Positions 20,001 to 26,975 of a DNA stretch of 31,189 bases are shown piece by piece; positions within the stretch are counted from its first letter, which is position 1, and every line of letters starts with the position of its first letter. Location: the NCBI GenBank assembly GCA_031367385.1, contig JANLPS010000077.1, positions 1 through 31,189 on the forward strand, given 5' to 3'. Origin of the DNA: Archangium sp. GTDB taxonomy: Bacteria > Myxococcota > Myxococcia > Myxococcales > Myxococcaceae. The notes beneath the pieces were generated by a model that was not told where the DNA came from, ran no database searches, and was given only the letters and a program-made list of their open reading frames with translations. A program made the position numbers and the translations under genes.

Positions 20001-20349
20001 CGTCTCTGAACAGGAGATCAAGAAGGTCGTCGACATGCTCAAGGCCCAGGGCAAGCCGGTGTTCGACGAGAGCATTCTCAAACCCCGCGACGAAGAGGGC
20101 GACACCAGCGGCGGCGAAGAAGACGAGCTGTCAGACGAGCTCTACGACCAGGCGGTCGCGATCGTCAGCGAGATGCGCACGGTCAGCATCTCGATGCTCC
20201 AGCGAAAAATGCGAATCGGCTACAACCGCGCCGCGCGAATGATCGAGCGCATGGAGCGCGACGGCATGGTGGGCACTGCCGATGGCGCCAAGCCGCGAGA
20301 AGTGCTGATTCGCCAGGTCGGTCAAATGCCCGGGGCCGACGCGATGTGA
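17068..20349 (+). CDS. ftsK: DNA translocase FtsK
   Basis: N-terminal 4TM domain, GPVVTMYE, PHLLMAGTTGSGKS, VIIDELADLM, ATQRPS, and gamma domain LQRKMRIGYNRAAR. Start at ATG 17068 with RBS. Confidence 0.96.
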   Translation: MSAKRAKERSLLSRQEIAVRRKQLNSKKMVSPGAPRRAIAGVIILALSVLAFFSVSTFDAQDRVGPGFRNAIGPVGHAIAEALRGLFGICAFVLPMVGFYASAILFIGNREKRRWPQVVAFSLLLIAFAVLAQLVFKEDASWAHAPGGLIGRQVGGFLTALFSTVGTVVLMSAIAAVAFIVGTQFAFLQFCAWLWERTQVLAAKAKVWGLQFFDAQKARLEARKLAAEQAKIEEAAFLADLEAEEAELAEIEAAAQEAEQLAGEAERFERDKENSKLADLAEKERLKAEREKSSVEVQAARLAKEAMKTARLNEKTNRSTAAAALAPSLLDEARATAPMHHQSPPGFGNDPAWAMSLSASIDQSPYVAPAMAMAAPPVAKRQPNIIEAPVAPPPSPFSKLDTLPPPTKMTEASLPPMMDTAAVGAAQTSALVAQGVGATALARMPLIIEPKAPPKPTAPTKKKSEFEFTGDRTSFVVPPVDLLEAKIRERTTIDKSVYLATAEKLTVKLRDFGIEGEVVEIRPGPVVTMYEFKPAAGVKISRIASLSDDLAMAMEAMRVRIVAPIPGKGVVGIEVPNKERETVFLKEIAEQDAFQKSQSRLTMCLGKDIEGMPYIFDLAKAPHLLMAGTTGSGKSVAVNSMIMSILLKSTPEEVRFIMVDPKMLELSVYEGIPHLLLPVVTDPRKAAIALQWAVDEMTRRYKLLSEAGVRNITGYNVHVEQVLAKRKASKMTVDAKPVVIKPPPAAEQVAPQPEPEVAVAAAVDAPPPKKKRRMLIVDVADASPTPPQAEAAPNPGSEMGVAAPQEAAEDPREEVLAAAPELQPKPEVDAVASRIEEAPVTPGEVAALAEAAAATAAAAADEAKEDLKKLPFIVVIIDELADLMMVASKEVETSIARLAQMARAAGIHLMVATQRPSTDVVTGVIKANFPTRITFMLRSKPDSMTIIGTIGAEALLGMGDMLIMPPTSAHLQRVHGCFVSEQEIKKVVDMLKAQGKPVFDESILKPRDEEGDTSGGEEDELSDELYDQAVAIVSEMRTVSISMLQRKMRIGYNRAARMIERMERDGMVGTADGAKPREVLIRQVGQMPGADAM

Positions 20350-20367
20350 GCCTGGTAAAGGGGCTTC

Positions 20368-20997
20368 ATGACGGTTGAGGCCCCGATGTCAGACTCGAAG
20401 CCGCTGACCCGGCCGCCGCGCACCAAGCACCTGCCCTTCGTGGTGCTGCTCGGCGGCCCTGCCCTGCTCTTTCTGATCACCGGTACGGCGGGCTATTTCT
20501 ACTCGGTGGGCGTGCGCACGCAGAACGTCACGATGGGCGACCGTTCGATGCTGATCACCGTGCCCGAGCTGCTTGATCTGGTGAAGAACAGCAGCGGGTA
20601 TGAACCCAAGGCCGAGGTGCTCAAGAAGTCGAAGCTCTCGCGCGGAGGCCGCGAGCTCGAGTACCGGTACGCTGCTCCGAACCCACCGTGGCGCATCGCT
20701 GCGCGGGTGATCGCCGAGCTCGACCCGATGCAGGCCCAGGCGACCTACACGCAGCTGGCCGACCGAGACATGAAGCCCGAGGGGCTCACGCTCGAGCCGA
20801 GGGTCTTCGCGTGGGGCGATCAAGCACAGCTGGGCACGTTGATGCGCGAGGGCGCTCCCGTCGGGTACGCGTTCTTGGGCCGTAAGGGCACGCGTGTCGT
20901 TTTCTACCGGCTCGAGGGCCTGGTGCTGACCGCGCCGATGACGTTCGAGGCGCTGATCGCCCCGCACCTCGTGCAGGCCGAGATGTTCGCTCCGTGA
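20368..20997 (+). CDS. Hypothetical single-TM protein (paralog A)
   Basis: N-terminal TM; shares FAWGD...G.PVG..F..RKG.RV with the next gene. Confidence 0.75.
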   Translation: MTVEAPMSDSKPLTRPPRTKHLPFVVLLGGPALLFLITGTAGYFYSVGVRTQNVTMGDRSMLITVPELLDLVKNSSGYEPKAEVLKKSKLSRGGRELEYRYAAPNPPWRIAARVIAELDPMQAQATYTQLADRDMKPEGLTLEPRVFAWGDQAQLGTLMREGAPVGYAFLGRKGTRVVFYRLEGLVLTAPMTFEALIAPHLVQAEMFAP

Positions 20998-21587
20998 AGA
21001 ACAAGGTCTTGCTCGGCATCGCGGTGCCGCTGGCCCTGTTCATGATCATCGCTGGGTTGACCTGGTTCTTTCAGTCGACGGGTGCCCGCCGGCCACTCAC
21101 ACCCGAAGAGCGCGCGGTGTTGGTGACCGCGTTCGACCTGTTCGCGATGTCGGCGCAGCCCGAGCTGTACCAGGCTCAACGCGAATCAACGGCCGAGCGT
21201 GAAGATCTGGTCGACGGCAGCGCAACGTTGACCGCCGAGTATCAATCGACGGTGCCTCCGTTCTACGTGGTGTCGCAAGTGGCCCTCGAGCCTTCGGAGC
21301 ACGCGGCGAAGCTCACCTGGCAGTCGCACGCGATCGGCGGCTTCATGGGGCTGGCGGTCGAATCGAAGGACGTCGTTCTCGAAAAACGAGACGACTTGTT
21401 TGCGTGGGGCGATGAGTCGAAGTCGCAGCTGCTCACCATCGACGGCAAGCCAGTCGGGCACTTCTTCGTGATTCGCAAAGGCAAGCGCGTGTTCATGGCA
21501 ATTTTCACCGGGGTGTATTTCGACGACGCCTCGGCGCTCTCGGCCCTGCTCAAGCCCAAGCTCGAGGCGATGGAGCGATTGCCGTAG
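20994..21587 (+). CDS. Hypothetical single-TM protein (paralog B)
   Basis: GTGA-coupled to paralog A; N-terminal TM and the same shared motif. Confidence 0.78.
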   Translation: MKNKVLLGIAVPLALFMIIAGLTWFFQSTGARRPLTPEERAVLVTAFDLFAMSAQPELYQAQRESTAEREDLVDGSATLTAEYQSTVPPFYVVSQVALEPSEHAAKLTWQSHAIGGFMGLAVESKDVVLEKRDDLFAWGDESKSQLLTIDGKPVGHFFVIRKGKRVFMAIFTGVYFDDASALSALLKPKLEAMERLP

Positions 21588-21645
21588 ACCCTCTCCCTGG
21601 TCCTCAACGGGTGCAGGTGAGCTCACTCGCCGAGTTGCGTGCCAA

Positions 21646-23295
21646 TCACTTGATGAGCCCTTTCGAGCGCAACAGCTCGAGCACCCGCTGAACGCTGACC
21701 TCCTGGGTCTCTTCGTGGGTCGGCACTCGCAGGTCGGGGTTCTTCGGAGGCTCGTACGGGTCGCTGACTCCAGTGAAGTGCGGCAGCTCACCAGCCAGAG
21801 CTCGCTTGTAGAGCCCCTTGGTGTCGCGCTCGATCAACGTCTCGAGTGGGGCGTCGACGTGAATCTCGATGAAGTCGACTCCGTCTCGCGCGGCGAGCTC
21901 ACGCACTTCTTCACGAGAGTCGGCGTACGGTGAAATGGTCGAGGCGACGGCGATGACTCCATTTCGGGCCAGCGCCCGGGCGACGAAGCCGATTCGGCGG
22001 GTGTTTGTGTTTCGATCTTCTTTCGAGAAGCCCAGCTCTCTCGAGAGGTAGAGCCGAATTTCGTCGCCGTCGAGCATCTCGATCGGGCGGCCGCCGCGAA
22101 GTTGATCAACGACCGCCTCGGCGAGCGTGGTCTTACCGACCCCCGACATGCCGGTGAACCAGAGAATGTACCCAGTGCTGAAGTGCCGCCTCAAGACATC
22201 GGCGACCTCGGGGCGCGTGAACTCTCGGGGCAGTGGCTTGCCGGCGCGCAACAGCTCTCGAACCTTCGTGCCCGAGAGCTCGACCCGCGATTCGGGCCCG
22301 TGCGGGCAGGTCTTGGGAGAAGCGAGTTGCTCACAGACGCTGCAGTAGTACGTCGCGTCGAACATCAGTGGCTTCACGCCGATGTCGAGGCCCTTGAAGA
22401 TGTCGTGCGCGGCGGCTGGCGGGTAGAAGCCCTCGACGCCCGCGTGGTCACGGCCGATGATCAGCGAGGTGATGCCGTAGTTCTTGCGCACGATGGCGTG
22501 AAAGACGGCCTCGCGGGGGCCCGCATACCGCATCGCGCCCGGGTAGGCGGCCAGCAGCACGCGATCGGTCGGGTAGTACCGCTTGATCAACGTCTCGTAG
22601 ATCTCGAAGCGCACCGCGGCGGGCACGTCGTCTTGCTTGGTCTCACCCACCAACGGGTGAATCACCAGGCCGTCGCTGACCTCGAGCGCGAGCTTGGTGA
22701 GGTACTCGTGCGCGCGGTGAATCGGGTTTCTGGTTTGAAACCCAGCGACCGTTTGCCACCCCCGGCTGGTGATCTGCACCCGCATCTGTTCAGGGGTCAG
22801 CCTGAACTTGGCGAACGGCAAGCTCTTGTCGCTCAGCGGAGTCACCTCGACCTCGCCTCCGAGCAACGTGCGCGGCCGTGAATTCAGGTACGCCACGCCT
22901 GGGTGTTTGAGGTCGTCGGTGCCGTACACGGTGCGCGCTTCGACCAGTGGGTCGCGCGCATAGACCGACGAGATCTTCATCACCGCCCAGAGGCGATCGA
23001 GCGCATCGACCAGCGCGACTTCGGAGTCTGTCGGCGCCTCGTCGACCGCGAGGGTGATCGGCAGGGGCCAGGTCGTGCCGTCGGCCAGGTTCATCGTCTC
23101 GAGCACTGAACGGTAGTCGTGCTCACCCATGAAACCAGTCAGCGGGCTCATCGCGCCAACGGCAATCAACTCGAGATCAGCGAGCTCACGGGCGTCGAGC
23201 ACGATGCGGCGCAGACCCTCGGCGCGGGTGGCCAGGGCGACGCCCTTGCCGATGCGATTCACCAGCTTGCCACCGTGTGGTTCGACGGGCTTCAT
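21646..23295 (-). CDS. sat: Bifunctional sulfate adenylyltransferase / adenylylsulfate kinase (Sat-CysC)
   Basis: PHGGKLVNR, FQTRNPIHRAHE, RYAGPREA, GRDHAG, then WFTGMSGVGKTT, LDGDEIR, KGLYKRA. Start at ATG 23295. Confidence 0.95.
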   Translation of the reverse strand: MKPVEPHGGKLVNRIGKGVALATRAEGLRRIVLDARELADLELIAVGAMSPLTGFMGEHDYRSVLETMNLADGTTWPLPITLAVDEAPTDSEVALVDALDRLWAVMKISSVYARDPLVEARTVYGTDDLKHPGVAYLNSRPRTLLGGEVEVTPLSDKSLPFAKFRLTPEQMRVQITSRGWQTVAGFQTRNPIHRAHEYLTKLALEVSDGLVIHPLVGETKQDDVPAAVRFEIYETLIKRYYPTDRVLLAAYPGAMRYAGPREAVFHAIVRKNYGITSLIIGRDHAGVEGFYPPAAAHDIFKGLDIGVKPLMFDATYYCSVCEQLASPKTCPHGPESRVELSGTKVRELLRAGKPLPREFTRPEVADVLRRHFSTGYILWFTGMSGVGKTTLAEAVVDQLRGGRPIEMLDGDEIRLYLSRELGFSKEDRNTNTRRIGFVARALARNGVIAVASTISPYADSREEVRELAARDGVDFIEIHVDAPLETLIERDTKGLYKRALAGELPHFTGVSDPYEPPKNPDLRVPTHEETQEVSVQRVLELLRSKGLIK

Positions 23296-23338
23296 CGCGG
23301 CGGACCGTAGCAGATCGAACCGTGGTATCCGCAAACGC

Positions 23339-24508
23339 ATGGCTGAACGATTGCCTCTCTTTGCCACCGCTTCGCGCGGTACCGAACCGCTGGTCGCGGC
23401 CGAGCTCGAGACGCTGGGCGCGAAGAAAGTACGCCAGGGTCGCGGCGGCGTGACGTTCATGGCCAACCTCGATGAGGCGATGCGGTTGATCGTGCACTCG
23501 CGGCTGGCGATGCGGGTGCTCTACCCGTTGGGTGAGTTCGAAGCCCCGGGGGCTGATGGGCTCTACGAGGCGGCCGTCAGCGTGCCGTGGGAAGACTGGT
23601 TGACCACGACCTCGACCTTCGCGGTCGAGGCCACGCTCACCAACAGCGAGCACACGCACTCGGGCTTCGTGGCGTTGAAGATCAAAGATGGGCTGGTCGA
23701 CCGCATGCGCAAGGTCAAGGGCGAGCGGCCGAACGTCGATACGCAGTCGCCTGACGTGCAGATCGTCGCGCACTTGAACAAGACCAAGCTCTCGCTCTCA
23801 CTCGACTTGTGCGGAGACGCACTGTTCAAGCGGGGGTACCGCATCAAGACGACGCCCGCTCCGCTCAAAGAGACCCTGGCTGCGGCGGTGTTGATGGCCA
23901 GCGGCTACACCGGAGAAGAACCTCTGGCCGACCCGATGTGCGGCTCGGGGACGATTGTGATCGAGGCCGGGTACATCGCGACCAATCGGCCTCCGGGGCT
24001 CAAGCGGCACTTCGCGGTCGAGCGCTGGCCTTCGATGGGTGAGAAGGCGCGCGCGTTGCTCGATGAAGTGAAGAGCGAGGCGGCTTCGAAGCTGCGAGAC
24101 GCGCCGTTTCCCATCTTGGGGTTTGATCGCGATGAAGAGGCGCTCGAGGCCGCTCAGCGCAATGTCGCCGCGGCCGGGCTGTCGGCGTCGGTGCGCATCG
24201 AGCAGGCCGACGCCGTGCACGGAGAGCCTCCTGCCGATGTGCCCCGCGGGCTGATTTGTACGAATCCTCCCTATGGTGACCGGCTGAGCGCGGGTGGCCA
24301 AAAGGGCATGAAAACGTTCTACTTTCAGCTCGGTGAGGGCATGAACCGGTGGGCTGGGTGGCGCATGGCGTTCTTGTCGGGCAACTCGGCGTTCGAGAGC
24401 GCGTTTCACCACCGGCCGATCAAGCGAACTCCGATGTTCAACGGGCCGATCGAGTGCACGCTGATCGAATACGGGCCGCAGCCTGTGAAGAACGAGGTCG
24501 CTGAGTAA
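23339..24508 (+). CDS. THUMP-domain class I SAM RNA methyltransferase (RlmL/YpsC-like)
   Basis: LFKRGYR, APLKETLAAA, DPMCGSGT, NPPYG. Start at ATG 23339. Confidence 0.92.
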   Translation: MAERLPLFATASRGTEPLVAAELETLGAKKVRQGRGGVTFMANLDEAMRLIVHSRLAMRVLYPLGEFEAPGADGLYEAAVSVPWEDWLTTTSTFAVEATLTNSEHTHSGFVALKIKDGLVDRMRKVKGERPNVDTQSPDVQIVAHLNKTKLSLSLDLCGDALFKRGYRIKTTPAPLKETLAAAVLMASGYTGEEPLADPMCGSGTIVIEAGYIATNRPPGLKRHFAVERWPSMGEKARALLDEVKSEAASKLRDAPFPILGFDRDEEALEAAQRNVAAAGLSASVRIEQADAVHGEPPADVPRGLICTNPPYGDRLSAGGQKGMKTFYFQLGEGMNRWAGWRMAFLSGNSAFESAFHHRPIKRTPMFNGPIECTLIEYGPQPVKNEVAE

Positions 24509-24526
24509 AACCGAGGAGCGAGCAGG

Positions 24527-24620
24527 CCGCTCATCCTGAGGCTCTCGAACGATGAAGCCCCGAGTCCGATAGGTGTCACTCGGATCTTGTGGGGTCCTTC
24601 GAGTCTCTCAGGACGAACGG
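24527..24620. repeat. Inverted doublet of REP-like palindromic repeats (REPIN-like)
   Basis: 24527-24554 (+) CCGCTCATCCTGAGGCTCTCGAACGATG and 24592-24620 (-) CCGTTCGTCCTGAGAGACTCGAAGGACCC. The spacer also pairs (CCCC..TCCGA / TCGGA..GGGG). Confidence 0.8.
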
Positions 24621-25561
24621 AGGAGGGCCCGCACTGCCGCTTCAAATGCCCCCGCCGGCACCGCCGCGACCACGTCTTCCTTCGAGCCTTCGACCCACGC
24701 CAGCTCAGCCGTCGTCTTGCCCTCGTCGCCCGCCGGTACGAGATGCCGAACCAAGGCCCCGAACTGACCGGGCTCGACCAGCTCGACTACCACCGCGTCG
24801 ACCACCCGTCTCGGCGTCGCTCGAAACAGCACGCGCTTCACCCGTTCGCGCACCGCCGCCGGCACTCGCGGCCGTACATCTTCGAGCAGCAAACGTGCAT
24901 CGAGGGTCTCGCCCAAGCGCCGCATCGCCTCGTCTTTGGCCAGCACACTCACCTCGTACCCAAAGGCCCCCAGCGCGCGCACTCGCTCGCCCACCGACCC
25001 CGGGCTCGACGAGGCCGCACGCTCGAGGGCCCAAAAGGTGCTGCGTGCACCGACCCCAATCGCCTTGGCTTCACCACGAGCCCAGGCCAACACCTGGGCC
25101 CACGCCTCGTCACTGAGCACCGCCGCGACGCCGCCCAACTGCCATGGCACCGGAGGCCTCGCCCTCTCAGGCAACGCCGTCATGAAGGCCAAGAGCCCCC
25201 CATCGACCCACTCCTTGGCGAACGCATTCGACGGGTCGACCGGCAGGTCACGCAGCTCGAGCCACAGCCGCTCGATGACGGCATCGTGCAGCCCCCACTC
25301 CATCAAACGGCTGGGCCCGACGTGTTTGCGCAGGCTCCACAGCGACCATGGCAAGGTCGGCGCGATCTCCAGCGGGCCTGAGACAGCCGCGAAGAGCTCA
25401 CGAATTCGAGCAACACCTTCGTCGATGCGCCCAAGCTCGAGCTCGGCCCAGGCGGCTCCGAGCTGCGCGCCCACCCCTTTCACGCCGCCCAGCAGCGTGA
25501 TGAGCGCGACCCAGTCTTTGCGTTTGAAGGCCCCGACGGCCTCGGCTTGCACGGCGAACAT
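24608..25561 (-). CDS. Hypothetical protein
   Basis: Single long ORF filling the gap; start at 25561 or 25585. No family recognised. Its stop codon lies inside the REP copy. Confidence 0.65.
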   Translation of the reverse strand: MFAVQAEAVGAFKRKDWVALITLLGGVKGVGAQLGAAWAELELGRIDEGVARIRELFAAVSGPLEIAPTLPWSLWSLRKHVGPSRLMEWGLHDAVIERLWLELRDLPVDPSNAFAKEWVDGGLLAFMTALPERARPPVPWQLGGVAAVLSDEAWAQVLAWARGEAKAIGVGARSTFWALERAASSSPGSVGERVRALGAFGYEVSVLAKDEAMRRLGETLDARLLLEDVRPRVPAAVRERVKRVLFRATPRRVVDAVVVELVEPGQFGALVRHLVPAGDEGKTTAELAWVEGSKEDVVAAVPAGAFEAAVRALLRSS

Positions 25562-25610
25562 TCGAACTGTGTGCTTAATGCACACTGCGTACTAAGGTCA
25601 CGACGACTTC

Positions 25611-26975
25611 ATGGCCCCCCAACCCGCCATACCGCAACGCACGGTGCTCGGAGCGCGCGCGGCCACGACCGACCGCATCGCCAGCCAAGAATACCACCTG
25701 GTGCTGATCAACACCGACGACGCGGGCAAGAGCTACCCGCTCGGCCAATCGCTGAAGATCGGCAAGGCCCCCGACAACGACGTGGTCATCGACCACCCCA
25801 CGGTCAGCCGAAATCACCTCATCGTTCGCCGCCAGGGAGACCAATTTCTGGTGCAAGACCTCGGCAGCACCAACGGCACCTTCGTCGACGGTGCGCAGAT
25901 TCGTGAAGGGTTCTTGCGGGCCGGAGCGTTGCTCGAGGTCGGCGATGTGCAGATGCGCTTTCAGCCGCAAGTGCGCCCGCTCGAGGTGAGCCCCGCGACC
26001 AACGACCGCCTCGGCGATCTGGTCGGCAAGTCGCTGCCGATGCGGCAGATCTTCGCGCTGATTCAACGCATCGCTTCGACCGACTCGACCCTGTTGCTGA
26101 TCGGCGAGACCGGGTGCGGCAAGGGCGCTGCCTCACGCACCGTTCACAAGCTGAGCCCCCGAGCGACTGGCCCGTTCGTGGTGTTTGACTGCGCCTCGGT
26201 CTCCGAGAACCTGATTGAGAGCGAGCTGTTCGGTCACGAGAAGGGCTCGTTCACCGGCGCCGTCGCCCAGCGCGTCGGTTGCCTCGAGCGCGCCAACAAC
26301 GGCACGCTGTTTCTCGACGAAATCGACGACCTGCCGCTCGACTTGCAGCCCAAGCTCTTGCGCGCCCTCGAAGATCGAGAATTTCGCCGCCTGGGCCAGT
26401 CGACCTCGCCGACCAAGTTCGACGCGCGGGTCATCGCCGCCTCGAAGAAAGACTTGTGGACGGAGACGCAAGCCGGTCGGTTTCGCGAAGACTTGTATTT
26501 TCGGCTCTCGGTCTTCACCGTCACCCTGCCCAGCCTGCGAGATCGCAAAGAAGACATACCCATTCTGGTCGACGCGCTCGCCGGCGCCCCGTTGTGGAAC
26601 CGGCTGGTCGACAAGCAGCGAGATCAATTCACCGGTCACACCTGGCCCGGCAACGTTCGCGAGCTTCGCAACGCGGTCGAGCGGCTCAAGCACGTCGCCG
26701 ACATCCCCGAGTTGGCGAGCGAGTCGTTTCTCAAAGAGTACAGCGGCCCCGCGGCGCCTCAGGGCGAGACCCTGCCGGTCAATTACGCGGGTGAATTCAA
26801 AGACTCGAAAGAAGAGCTCGTTCGCGCCTTCGAGCGTGAATACCTGACCCGCTTGCTCGCCAAGACCCGGGGCAACATCGCGAAGGCCGCCCGCGACGCC
26901 GCGCTCGACCGCAAACATTTGTACTCGCTGCTCCACAAATACGGCCTGGTGCAGAGCGAAGACGAAAAAGTCTAG
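25611..26975 (+). CDS. FHA-domain sigma54-dependent enhancer-binding protein
   Basis: FHA (IGK, VSRNH, DLGSTNGT), GETGCGK, ESELFGHEKGSFTGA, FLDEI, FREDLYFRL, WPGNVRELRN, and C-terminal Fis-type HTH. Confidence 0.95.
   Translation: MAPQPAIPQRTVLGARAATTDRIASQEYHLVLINTDDAGKSYPLGQSLKIGKAPDNDVVIDHPTVSRNHLIVRRQGDQFLVQDLGSTNGTFVDGAQIREGFLRAGALLEVGDVQMRFQPQVRPLEVSPATNDRLGDLVGKSLPMRQIFALIQRIASTDSTLLLIGETGCGKGAASRTVHKLSPRATGPFVVFDCASVSENLIESELFGHEKGSFTGAVAQRVGCLERANNGTLFLDEIDDLPLDLQPKLLRALEDREFRRLGQSTSPTKFDARVIAASKKDLWTETQAGRFREDLYFRLSVFTVTLPSLRDRKEDIPILVDALAGAPLWNRLVDKQRDQFTGHTWPGNVRELRNAVERLKHVADIPELASESFLKEYSGPAAPQGETLPVNYAGEFKDSKEELVRAFEREYLTRLLAKTRGNIAKAARDAALDRKHLYSLLHKYGLVQSEDEKV

Noticed and set aside
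21588..21645. CCCTCTCCC-containing intergenic stretch as a second REP family, and TTGGCACG as a sigma54 promoter
   Set aside because: Single degenerate copy with no complementary arm. The -12 TTGC is missing and the site is at a gene 3' end.
24527..24620. CRISPR mini-array (29-bp repeat with ~37-nt spacer)
   Set aside because: The copies are inverted rather than direct, there are only two, and no cas genes are present.
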